Below the pieces are notes generated by a model, which saw only the letters and a program-made list of their open reading frames with translations, was not told the DNA's origin and searched no databases. A stretch of DNA of 64,000 nucleotides from Malacoraja senta (taxonomy: Eukaryota), in the NCBI GenBank assembly GCA_038087875.1, contig CM075994.1, positions 11,658,001 through 11,722,000 of the forward strand, given 5' to 3'. The stretch's first letter is position 1; every line of letters starts with the position of its first letter. Of this stretch, positions 52,330-64,000 are shown piece by piece. The position numbers and the translations under genes were made by a program.

Positions 52330-54960
52330 CCACGATTCCCTTTCCTCGCCATGCGATTACTAAGGAGAAGGTGCTAAGAAAACTGAAATGTCTGAGGGTG
52401 AGTAGATAAGTTACCTGGACCGGTTGGACTGCACCCCAGTGTTCTGAACTAGGTGGCCTCAGGGATTGTGGAGGCATGATTTGAGATATTTCAAGAATCC
52501 CGTGAGTTAGGTGTGGTTCCTGAAGATTGGTAAATTGCGAATATCACCCCGCTGTACATAAAGGGAGCAAATCAGAGGAACGGAAACTATAGACCGGTTA
52601 GCCTGACATCGGTGGTTGCTAAGACTTTAGAGTCAATTATAAAGGATGAGGTTGCGCAGTCGTTGGACGTTCACTATAAAATAGACCGACGTCAGCCTGG
52701 TTTTGTGAAGGGAAGATCTTGCCTGACAAACATGCTGGCGTTTTTGAGGTAGTTAATAGCAGGACAGACAGAGGGGAGGCGATAGATTTTGTTTACCTAG
52801 AATATCAGAAGACGTTCGATAAGGTTCCGCACATCAGGCTGCGAGGGAAGATGAGAGACCATAGTATTAAAGGGAAGATACTAGCATTGTTAGCGTGTTG
52901 GCTGGGTGGCAGAAGGCAAACTGTTGGAATAAAAGGCGGTTTTTAAATTGGGCTGACTGTGACTAGTGAAGTTCTACAAGTGTCGGTGCTGGGGCCGCTT
53001 CTCTTCACGTTGTATATGAATGATTTGAATATGGGGATTGAAGGCTTTGTGGGAAGTTTGCATATGGTGGAGAGTCCGGCAGTGTCGAGGAAGCAAGGAC
53101 TCTATAGAAGGACTTGGGCCGGTTAGGATGGTGGACTGAGAAGTGGCAGATGAAAGCCAGTGCAGAGTCATGAATTTTGGAAATTAGAATTAAGGCGTAG
53201 GTTATTTTGTAAATAGAGAGTGAATCCCGAAATTGTAGGTGGAAAGAGACTTTGCAAATTAACATTATAGAAGTCCTGCACCAGTGCTCACAAAACGTTA
53301 ATTTGCAAATCGAATCGATAGTAAGGAAGGCAAATTCAAATGCAAGCATTTATATCTGGAGGACCGAAAAACAAAAAAAGAGATGTCATACTGAGGCTCT
53401 CCACGATTCCCTCTCCTCGCCGTGCGATTACTAAGGAGAAGGTGGTAGGAAAACAAACGTCTGAGGGTGGATAGGTCACCTGGACCGGATGGACGGCACG
53501 CCAAGATTCTGAAAGAGGTGCCCTCAGAGATTGTGGAGGCATTATTTATGATATTTCAAGAATCACGAGTTAGGAGTGGTTCCTGAAGATTGGTAAATTG
53601 CGACTATCACCCCGCCGTACATAAAGGGAGCAAAGTAGTAGAGCGGAAACTATAGACCGGTTTGGCTGAATTCGGTGGTTGCTAAGATTTTAGAGACAAT
53701 TAAGGTTGAGGTAACGCAGTAGTTTGAAGTTCACGATAAAATAGGCGACGTCAGCATGATTTTGTGAAGGAAAGACCTTGCCTGACTAATGTGCTGGAGT
53801 TCATTGAGGAAGTTAATAGCAGGACCGACAGAGCGGAGGCTGTAGATGTTGTTTACCCAGATTGTCAGAAGGCCTTCGATAAGGTGCCGCACGTCAGGCT
53901 GCTAGGGAAGATGAGAGCCCATGGTATTAAAGGGAAGGTACTAGCATGGATAGCAGTTGGGCTGGATGGCGGAAGGCAAAGAGTTGCAATAAATGGCACT
54001 TGTTCAGGTGGGCGGACAGTGACAAGTTCCGCAGGGATCGGTGATGGGGCCATTTCTCTTCACGATGTATTTTAATGATTTGGATAAGGGGATTGAAGGC
54101 TTTGAGGCTAATTTTGCAGATGTTGCTAAGATAGGTGGAGGGGCACGCAGTGTAGAAGAAGCAACGATTCTGCAGAAGGACATGGACAGATTAGGAGTGT
54201 GGGCAGAGAAGAGGAAGATGAAATACAGTATAGCAAAGTGCGGAGTTATCTATTTTGGTAATAAGAATACAGGCGTAGATTGTTTTGTAAATTGGGAGAG
54301 AATCCAGTAATCGTAGGTGCAAAGGAACTTTGCAAATTAACTTTTTGGCAGTCCCAAATAGTGAATTTGCAAGTCGATTAGGTAGTAAGGAAGACAAATT
54401 CAATGCTAGCATTTATATCAAGAGGACCGGAAAACAAAAACAGAGATGTCATGTTGAGGCTCTATAAGGCGTTGGTCAGGCCGCATTTGGAGTACTGTGA
54501 GTAAGTTGAGGAAGGATGTGTTGGCTCTGGAGAGGGTCCAGAGAATGTTAACAAAAATGATTCCATAAATGAGTGGACTAGCATATGAAGAGCGTTTGAC
54601 AGCACTGGGCCTCTACTCGCTGGAATTTAGAAGGTTGCGGGGACCTCATTGAAACTTTCAGAATAATGAAAGGCATAGATAGAGTGGATGTTGAAAGGAT
54701 GTTTCCACTGGTGGTAGTCTAGGACCAGAGGCGATAGCCTCAGAATTTAAGGCGCTCGATTAGAAATAAGGTGAGGAGGAACATCATTAATCAGAGGGTA
54801 GTTACTCTGTGGAACTCATTACCACAGTGGGCTGTGGAGGACAAGTCAGTGGATATTCAAAAGGCAGAGATAGACATGTTCTTGATTAGAACGGGTGTCA
54901 AGAGCTATGGGGAGAAGGCAGGAAAATGGTATTAGGTGGCAGAGATCAGCCATGATTGAT
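52330..54960 (+). mobile_element. Two tandem decayed CR1 ORF2 copies (52330-53400 and 53400-54960)
   Basis: Both begin CCACGATTCCCT.TCCTCGCC.TGCGATTACTAAGGAGAAGGTG and contain KAFDKVPH-type motifs. Confidence 0.85.
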
Positions 54961-55974
54961 GTAGGAGAAAACCCGGATTCAAACTGCATGCAGTCAGTAG
55001 TCCCTGTCAGAATCGAACCCGGGCATCTGGCGCTGTGAGCCCACAACACTACCACCGTGCCCCCAAATTTCGCCTGGACCTTGGTAAGATGGAAATTGGT
55101 TATTTGCGATCACACTGAATGTCAGGACTGTACTGTGTCTGACAAGGGTCCCGATCCGAAACATCACCTATCTATAGACTGACACACATTCTGGATTAAC
55201 TCAGCGGATCATCAGCACGACTTTTCGGGTCGGAAACCTTATTCAGTTTCAAGAAGTGTCCGACCCAAATAGTCGCCCATCTACGTCGTCGAGGGATGCT
55301 GCCTGATCCGCTGAATTACTTCAACATTTTGTGTCAATGTTCGATAGAAACCATCTTCTGTCGTTCCTTGTTATTACGTCAGCTCTCTATGTTCTCCAAA
55401 ATGCTGCCTGACCGGCTGAGCACCTCCAGCATATTGAAACGTATTTATGTAAACGAACATCTGAAGGTAATTGTGTTTAAGTACAGCAACTTACCCGTTG
55501 ATGAATCAGTTTTATATCCAATTCTAACGAGGTATCTATCCTGATATTTGCTATGCCGTGCAAAATATTGCAGTTAACACGCATTATCTGTCTGTGGAAG
55601 ATGCATCTGCAGACTGCCCTTCTGATCCTGTCATCTGATGCTGTGTGGATTTCATATGATCCCGACCACTGCGGGAATTTCCCGCGAGGGTTCTAATTCC
55701 CTTGCACTTCTTAAAGAGGCAATTTGTTGACAGAGTAATGGCGTGTAAAATACCGCCCTGGGGTAGCTGGACTGTTGTAACATCAGTGAGCATTTACATG
55801 GCATTTATAGAGATACATTGAATGGGCGCCAGGAGGGGGAAAGTGACGAAAGACATTACTCTGACAGACGGCAATGACTCGCTGGTACAAAAGGTATAAC
55901 GGACAGTTGGATGCAATGACATAAAGAAGTAGGCAACGTAATTTCGAATCGGATTTTCAGTTTCACCGAGACAT

Positions 55975-57015
55975 TAACTTTATTAAATTGGAAAAGAAAA
56001 CGAATGGGCTCTTAATCACAGTTTTTTAATTCCTCCCTAAATTTGCTTTGATACACTCCATAAATGAACGTGTTGGTGCAAGCGCTGAGAGCCCCCAACA
56101 TATGTAACCGGACCGTTTTTCAATGGTAAATGGTTCGTTGAAATCTGATCCTAAGGTCACCATCCAAAGTAGTACGAAGCTACCGGATATGGCCAGAAAT
56201 AGAATGATGGACTTCCTTTTTTTCGCCACCTCTTGATCTGCGCCGCTCTCGGCCTTTTTGTTACCTCGGAGACCGCTCTTCACTCTACTGGCGTGTATAA
56301 TGTAATGGATTGTCAGGTCTTTGAGGAGAATAATCAGTAACATTGATGCAAATGGAGATAAAATGGTTTATATCACCCAAAGTGCTGCCCATAACAGTGA
56401 AGTGTAGAATAGTGGGGTTATTCCACAATACCAAGCCACGTTGTGAATTATGTCTTGAGGTACGTAGGAAAAATGCACTGGGATGTTTTGAGTAATACTT
56501 AAGATACACGTCACTGCTCTCACCAAAGCCGCAGTTTTCTCAGAGCAATATTTTACTCGTAAATTCTGATGACAAATAGAGATAAATCGATCGAAGGTAA
56601 AAGCCACCGTTAGTCAGACAGGGCAATCGATGAAAATACATTTACAAAATGCAGTTTACACATGTGAGTTAATAGAGGAAGGTAATAGCAAGATAGGTAA
56701 TAGCTAGATAGAGAGCTAGATAGGGCTCTTAAAAAAAGCGGAGTCAGGGGATATGGGGAGAAGGCAGGAACGTGGTACTGAATTGGGATAATCAGCCATG
56801 ATCCCATTGAACGGCGGTGCTGGCTCGCCTACTCCTGCACCTATTGTCTATTGTCTATTTTCTATAATCTGAAAATAGGCAACTGGCAACTCGCATAGAA
56901 TTGCCTCGAAGATCAGAACCATTCAATCAGCTACGACCATGGATACCAGATAGACGGTTATATATCTGGAGAAACCACTCTTTCCCCGGGAGAAAGGTGA
57001 TCGCCATCAGGATAG
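55975..57015 (-). pseudogene. GPCR paralog D, exon 2, pseudogenised
   Basis: Acceptor ttcccacag at 57016-57024. Fragments AFTFDRFISIC...KYCSEKTAAL and RKSIILFLAISGSFVLLWMV lie in different frames. There is an early frameshift, a CR1 tail insertion (~56700-56866) and a deletion after TM6 relative to paralog C. Confidence 0.85.
56700..56866 (+). mobile_element. CR1 3' tail inserted into GPCR paralog D exon 2
   Basis: AGAGAGCTAGATAGGGCTCTT...GGGGAGAAGGCAGGAAC...CCTACTCCTGCACCTATT(GTCTATT)n. Confidence 0.85.
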
Positions 57016-57211
57016 CTGTGGGAAATACGAAACTTAAATCACCAACATTCATTTTTCCAGGAGAACATCAGTTTCACAGTTGTTCGAACGAAAGTAAATG
57101 GAGTATTTTAATATTTAAGAATGAACTGCAGATGCTGGAAAAATCGAAGGTAGATAAAAATGCTGGAGAAACTCAGCGGGTGAGGCAGCATCTATGGAGC
57201 GAAGGATAGGT

Positions 57212-57239
57212 GACGTTTCGGGTCGAGCCCCTTCCTCAG
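57212..57239 (-). ncRNA. Minimal hammerhead ribozyme motif in a Penelope-derived insert (57113-57240)
   Basis: Reverse strand CTGAGGAAGGGGCTCGACCCGAAACGTC. Confidence 0.45.
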
Positions 57240-58224
57240 ACTGGAATATATAACACGCTCCTTTTACACGTGTCGCCTACACATCTCTGATTATTGAATG
57301 AATACCCGGAAGTTGCAGTTCGGAAACTAATAATGAACAGAACTGCGGAAAATGAAATGACTGCATAAACAGACCCACGGTGCATCGAAGAAAGATTTTT
57401 AATTTCTGATGGGCATGGTTGATTCAAATTAATTGTGACGGTTATTCTCTCGTCCACGGAGGAACGCGGAGAGCAAAGAATATAAACTAACTTGCATATC
57501 ACTGTCCAGCGCCATACCTTATCGTAAAACCTTCTATGTGCAGGCAGAACGTAGCATCAACTTTAAAACAGGAAGCATTCTGTAGTCAAAGCAGGTCGAA
57601 TACATTGGATACAGAAGTAAATCGCAGCGAGTCTACGGTATGTGTCGTTGGCAGACGTACCTTCCTCACAACCAGTCGCAGATTGGTTTCGCGATAGATA
57701 TGAATGCAAATACTGCATCCAATTCACGCCTCTGGTAAACTATATTTCATATCGCACTTGCTTTATAAGGCGTCCGAATTTTTTCGGCCCTTTCCCTCAA
57801 GGCAAATGGACAGCAGGAGCACTGCTGCCTGACAGCCCCAGCGAACTAGGATCGATACTGATCACTGGTGCTGTTTGCACCTTCTCCCTGTGCGGGCGTA
57901 GGTTCTCCCTGGGTCATTGCTTGATGGATTGATTGATTTGTGCAGCATGTTAACAGCGCCCGGCACACCGAGTCGTGCCGGTCATCTATCACCCATTCAC
58001 ACTAGTTCAATGTTACCCAACATTCGCATCCATTCCCTGCAAACTAGAAGCAAATTACAGAATCCAGATCCCCGACAATGCAGGACGGGTTGTGAGAGGA
58101 ATCTAGAGCGCCCGGATCTTTGGGATATGGAAGAAGCCAGAGCTGCATTTTGAATCAACGCAATCAACAGGGAGCACGTGAAAATTCCACTCAAAAAGCG
58201 TCCCTGGGTCGAAATAATGTGTCG

Positions 58225-58655
58225 ACTGGGCTTGTAATCACTGGAATTTAGAAGGATGAGAGGGTAACGTATAGAAACATATAATATTCTTAAGGGATTG
58301 GGCAAGCTCGATGCAGGAAATATGTTCGCTATGTTAGGGGAGTCCAGGGATCACCGTTTAAGAATAAGGGGTAGGCTATTTAGGACTGAGATGGGGGGGA
58401 TGGGGGGGGGGGGCTTTTCACCTATGAGAGTTGTGAATCTGTGGAATTCTCTGCCACAAATGTCAGTGGAGGCCAATTCACTGAATGTTTTCCAGAGAGA
58501 GTTAGATTTAGCTCTTAGGGCTAACAGAATCATGGGATCTGGGGAAAAAGCAGGAACGGGGTACTGATTTTGGATGATCAGCCATGATCATATTGAATGG
58601 CAGTGCTGGCTCGAGGGGCCGAATGCCCAACTCCTGCACCTATTTTCTATGTTTC
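58225..58655 (+). mobile_element. CR1 3' end in the paralog D intron
   Basis: LDAG.MF..LGESR.H.LRIRG...RVVNLWNSLPQ. Confidence 0.85.
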
Positions 58656-60389
58656 GATATTTCTCTGTCAAACCATGTCTCCGGTGCTGGAAGGCAGCAA
58701 CACTCCGAGCTCCGCTAATGTGCAGCCAGGTGCTCCGTTGTCCTTCTACGTGCGAAATAGCCTCGGCGGCAGCGGGGGCCTCGGCGGCAACGGGAGCCTC
58801 GATGGCGGGATGGCCCCGCGGTCGACCCGCGATCAGCGGTCTATGAGCGTGAGGGTGGGGGAGGGGGTGACAATGTGGACCCGGCGGGGACCAACGTGAA
58901 GAACGATGGAGGCCCCGGCGTGGGGGGATCACCGTGAGGGACGGTGGGAGAAAAAGGGGGACCCGGTGTGCGGGGGGGGGGGGCACTCTAGTTCTGAATC
59001 CTCGGCCCAGGGGATAAGTCTGCTCTTGTTTGTTCATTTGTTCCGGTGAAGGTGCTGTGTACACGGCAGCCACCAAACACTCGCTTGTATTTTTATTTTT
59101 GTTTTCACTTTAAATTTCAAGTTTTTCTGTACCTTGTGTGTTGTGACTGTCGGCAGACCAATTTCCCTCTGGGGATGCATAAAGTTTGATCGTATCGTCT
59201 CGTATACTGCTGGCTGGTAGGTTACTTATCCACATGTTGTCGCTCGGGCATCGGCTCATTGCAGAAACTTTGGGGAAATTGAGAAGAGCTCATCAAAGGA
59301 AACACCGATTACAGTTGGACGAGACACAGACCAGATTGACTGAACTTGCCGCCCTTCATATCGTTAGGCAGCATTCACCGCATGCGTCATCAGTCCACTT
59401 CGATTTGGCGATTAATAATAATTAGTCTTTTTTTTCACACCGTTGATGGAGTAAGAAACGTCCGCACCAACTACAGATTGGTATCGCACATCTGTATACA
59501 CCTGTTAATTCATTGTGCGACGGACATAACCGGTGAAATATGAGGCGCACAAGCAGCTGTGCCGTGGCAGGAGCACGCCAGATTCTCCTTTGGAGGAAAA
59601 GTTATAACAAAATTATGGTTTCTTGTTTCTTCTAATACACAGCCTCCGCAACATAATGCGTGCCTAATTTAGCCAATCCAATCCCACTGACGCACGAAAT
59701 ATATACCCGATTTTCCAACCTAGGACACGCGCCCTATATTATTGACAATCGACCGATTAATTGCTCATCCCTATCGATAATATGAAAGCTTTTTTTCCGA
59801 TCACAGAGCAAAGAGCACCGCCAGAACACACACAATAGTATCAACACAGTCCAATCCTATATGAGTGATCCTGGAACGTTCTGCCTGTGTCCACGTTGGT
59901 TTCCTCCGGGTGCTCCGAATTCCTCCCACATCCGAATGACGTGCGGGTTTGTAGATTAATTGGCCACTGTAAAATGTCCCATAGTGTGTAAGGAGTGAAC
60001 GAGAATGTGGGATAACATTGAAATGGTGTAAAGGGGTGATCCATGATCGGTGTGGACTCGGTGACCAACGAGTCTGCTTCCATACTGTATCTTTAAAGTA
60101 TTTGGGGTACAGCACAGGGGCAGGTGCCTCAATCTACAAGGTCTATACCAAATGTAACGCCAATTTAAACAAAGCTCACGTTTATATATGTCTATATCCT
60201 CCGATCTCTGCTTGTCCATCTGCCTGTCTAAACGATGCTGGATCTATTGGCAATTGACTCGATTGTGTAGTTTACATTTTCGGTGACAATAATTGGATCA
60301 GTAACTCAAGCAATAAGTAATAACACAGATATTTTTTAACAGTAAAGGCAAGACGGCGAAACATAGGTACAGAATAATAAAGCGTTTAC

Positions 60390-60459
60390 CAGGAACACCA
60401 ATGATGACAAAGATAGGGTAGAAGATATTCTCTACCTGTTTGAGTACCGGCAGTTCCAT
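60390..60459 (-). pseudogene. GPCR paralog D, exon 1 (exon itself intact)
   Basis: MELPVLKQVENIFYPIFVIIGVP plus G, then a GTAAAC donor. Closest to paralog C exon 1. Confidence 0.85.
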
Positions 60460-61639
60460 GTCCAGAGATAATCGACGTTTCCTGCCAGTGGTCTGACAGG
60501 CTTTTTAAGTTGTTAAAGTTACCTGCATATTTTCCAGAGAAAACCTATGAATACTAATCAAGGCAAATTCATTGGGATTAGTGTCAGTCACTTATCCAAA
60601 CAAATTTAGCCTCCTCACGTTAGAGGCTGCTAAGTATGTTATTGTGTAATAACTGCCAGCAATGTCGGTTGTTCTATAAAATAGATATTACGTTATTCTA
60701 TTGCACAAAATAGAGAGAAATATGTCCGAACATATATTTGATAGTATATTCGCATTCTCTGCTTCCTGCAGCAAGGTAATGTTGAATTATCCACGCATAT
60801 CCATGTGCCAATCTGAAAGCCTCTTGCACCGCATTCTCACAACTGTTTCCACCACCATTCCTGGCAGCCCGTTCCATTTCCTGCAAATAATAAAAACGTG
60901 CCTGTGTACCTCCTTTAAACGTTGACTCACCTTGAATATATGCCCTCTCGACCATCCCAGCATGGAAAACGTCTCTGACTGTCTATCTCATCTATGCCTC
61001 TCATAATATTATATATTTATATCAGGGCTCACTTCAACCTTCGTCATAATGGAAAAAACGATCCAGGTTTGTCCATGTTCTCCTTGTAACTAATACAGTT
61101 CAATTGAACATTTCTCACCCACTACAAAGCCTCCGCCTCATTGCTATTAGCGGGCGGCTAGAACTGCTCACAACGCTCCAAGTGAGTCCTAACGAAAGTG
61201 TGAGAGAACTGCATCATGACTTCGTGACATTCACAATCAAAGCCCGCACAATGAAGGCATGGATTCCATACGCCTCCTTTACCATTCTTTCTGCTTGTGG
61301 TGCCACCTTTGGGGAGCTATGGATCTGAACCCTAACATCGTTCTGCACCTTCGTGTTGTTACGGGACCTGTTGTCAACCTTATGGCTTCGTCTTACATTG
61401 AACTCCCCAAATGCAACACCTCCCAGTTACTGGGATTTTAATCCATTTTCCCGCCTATTTCTACAGCTGAATACATCCACTGTAGTTTGACAGCCTTTCC
61501 CCCTTTCCAGCAATATTTGCTTTATCTGCAAACTTACAACCGATGTCTATCTCTATGCCAGCAGGATGAAAGAGATAAATATTGACTTAAGTAGGAATAT
61601 GCCCAATCAGCTTCAATAATGCAGAATAATTCCCCTCTT

Positions 61640-62525
61640 CTATTATAGATGATGCTCTCACTGGGGTCTCTCCGATATCCCGCAGCTCCGCTCTTACTCC
61701 CCCTCCCCCCACTCGTAACAATGACAGAGCCCCCTTGTCCTCACCTTCCACCCCATCAGCCGTCGCATACAGCATATAATCCTCCAACATTTCGACACCT
61801 CCAAAGGGATCCCACTACTGGCCACGTCTTCCCATCTCCACCGCTTTCAGCTTTTCGCAGAGACCGTTCCCCCCGTAACTCCTTGGTCAACTCGTCCCTT
61901 CTCACCCAAACCACCCCCTCCCCTGGTAATTCCCCTGCAACCGCAGGAGATGCAACACCTGTTCCTTAACCTTCCCCCTCGACTCCATTCAAGGACCCAA
62001 ACAGTCTTTCCAGGTGATGCAGAGGTTCACCTGCACCTCCTCCAACCTTATATATTGCATCCGCTGTTCCTGGTGTCAATTTCTTTATATCGGCGAGACC
62101 AAGCGCGGGATCGGCGATCATTTCACTGAACACCTCCACTCAGTCCGTCTTACCCAAGCGGATCTCCCGATGGCCCAGCACATCAACACCCCCTCCCATT
62201 CCCAATCAGACCTTTCTGTTCTGGGCCTCCTCCATTGTCAGAGTGAGGCCCAGCCAAATTGGTGGAACAGCACCTCGTATTTCGCTTGGGTAGTTTACAC
62301 CCAACTGTATGAACATTGACTTCTCAAACTTCAGGTAGCCCTTGCTTTCTCTTTCCATCCCCTCCCCTTCCCAGTTCTCCCCCATGTCTTACTGTCTCCG
62401 CCTACATTCTTTCTTTGTCCAGCCGCCTCCCCTGACATCAATCTGAAGAAGGGTCTCGACCCGAAACGTCGACAATTCCTTCTCTTCATAGATGCTGCCT
62501 CACCCGCTGAGTTACTCCGGCAATT
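61640..62525 (+). mobile_element. Penelope-like element 3' part: GIY-YIG endonuclease and pseudo-LTR
   Basis: LVLTFHP, AFRRDRSL-type motifs, FTCTSSNLIYCIRCS..YIGETKR..F.EH..SV, followed by a hammerhead-like motif. Confidence 0.88.
62443..62470 (+). ncRNA. Minimal hammerhead ribozyme motif (Penelope pseudo-LTR)
   Basis: CTGAAGA-A-[GGGTC-TC-GACCC]-GAAA-CGTC: core CUGANGA, stem II hairpin, GAAA and a GUC cleavage triplet. Confidence 0.65.
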
Positions 62526-62779
62526 TGTGTCCACTGCGGTAGCGACCTCCATATATAGTTGTGCAATACAGAGGCCAGTATTGTGCTTTGCAATCTGGAA
62601 ATAGTCTCGCCTGCAAGTCAATGGTAGAGTGTAGAATTAGACCGGTACCCACTAGTGAATGTTTCAGGTGCGCTCATACATTCTGTCAATCGGCGGTGAT
62701 TAGATTAATGGACAGCTATTTCCAACTCTCTGAGCCTGCAACACCGTGAATGAGCGAAACTGTCCGACTAAACTAAACA

Positions 62780-63790
62780 TTGAGCAGTTTCCAAAAATGC
62801 TTCAATCAAGAAATTGAAATTATTTCATCGGCACTCGGGGTGGTGGGAGGGATTGTCCTCGTGAATTTGGAGGCAAAGTGGACGTTAGTGTTTAAGGAAA
62901 TTAAATGAACTAATACATCACTGATGCAGGAGGCAGCCCCGATGCAGTCGTAGATGTGGCGGTGAAAGACGGAGGATAGGGCTAATGTACACCTGGAACA
63001 AGGATTGTTCGACGTACCCGACCAAAATGCATGCATATCCAGTGTTCATTCGGGACCACGTGGCTTAACCTTTAACTTGGTGAAAGTGAGAATAGTCTAA
63101 AGATAAGTTGTTCCGGGCGAGGAGATATTGCGCCGGCGGAGAAGAGTGTTAGGAAAGGGGCATTGAATGTGTCTCTATTCGAGGAAGAAGCGGAATGCCT
63201 TGAAACTCAGAGCTGGAGAGAGATGTGATGGAATTGAACGACCATGGTGAGAATGACGCAATGGTGCCTCGATAGCTAATGTTATTAAAGAGATGAAGGG
63301 CGAGTGTGTTGTGGTTGACGGAGGTGTGAAGTAGCTCAAGACGAGGGATGAAATGGAATGGACGTACGTAGAGACGGGTTCAACGGGGCAGCAGAAAACA
63401 ATGACAATGGGTCTGCCAATGCTGTCTGCTTTGTGGATTTTGGGGAGGACGTAGAAGCGGACAGCGTGGGGCCGGGGAATGATGAGGATGGTGCTTGTGG
63501 AGGGGAGATCGCCGGAGGCGCTGTGATCAGAAACAGCCTGGGAGGTGATGGCCTAGTGTGCGTCCGTGGGATCAAGGTCGATGTGTAAGTATGAGGAGGT
63601 GCGCAAGAGCTGATCTCTTACCTCAGTGGGTAGAGGTCAGCCCGCCAGATTACAAAGTCATCTCCCTTATTGGTGGGTTTACTAACAATGTCTGGATTTT
63701 TGCTGCGAGAGGGGAGGGCTCTGCGTTCAGAAGGGGTGAGATCGGTAAGTTGGGTAGAGAATTCAAGGCAGTTGATGTCGCGCCGGCAGA
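62780..63790 (-). mobile_element. Decayed Penelope-like RT fragment
   Basis: LTPSERRAL.S..NPDIV.KP..KG..VIW, FYVLPKIHK.D..GRPIVI and YIYDCIGAASC motifs. Confidence 0.75.
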
Positions 63791-64000
63791 TGGAAATAAC
63801 AAGGTCCAGAAAAGGCACACAGGTCTTTACTGTATCGACCCAAAACGTAACAAAGCCACATAATGCTGTGTAACTCCGGGAATCAGGCAACATTCGTGGA
63901 GAACATGGTCTGGTGCTGTTTCGGGTTGGACTAAACCGTATTTAGTCTGAAGAAGGGTTCCGATCCAATAAGTCGCCGATCCATGTTCTCCAAAGACGAT

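Larger units (their letters stand above)
42150..61625 (+). repeat. Direct segmental duplication carrying GPCR C and D: ~42150-46830 vs ~55140-61625
   Basis: Colinear non-coding matches: 42661 vs 55610, 44490-44700 vs 57690-57920, 45720 vs 60560 (AGGCAAATT.ATTGGGATTAGTGTCAGTCA) and 46775 vs 61560. Confidence 0.92.

Overview
This is eukaryotic, intron-containing, repeat-rich vertebrate DNA. The mix of repeats (CR1/HER1-type LINEs, HE1-like V-SINEs, Rex1/Babar LINEs, Penelope elements) and the receptor family point to a cartilaginous fish, probably a skate or ray (inference). The genic content is a cluster of four paralogous two-exon class A GPCR genes of the GPR139/GPR142-like type. Each has a 70-nt first exon that the ORF track misses, joined to a ~0.9 kb second exon by a phase-1 intron. 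One copy is intact (43028-45621, minus). Two are broken only by a single extra base in a homopolymer (6005-10275 minus; 19389-25900 plus), which may be an assembly error. One is a true pseudogene (about 55975-60459, minus). Three local duplications and many nested retroelement insertions shape the region. The most unusual feature is a ~1.35 kb element with terminal inverted repeats (28972-30319). It sits in only one copy of a local duplication and carries a captured ZFP36/tristetraprolin-family C-terminus, including the CNOT1-binding motif RRLPIFSRISVSD, at the end of a 175-aa ATG-initiated ORF. Also seen are Penelope-associated minimal hammerhead ribozyme motifs, an R2/Hero-type endonuclease fragment, and a teleost AFC-like SINE with a clean target-site duplication.
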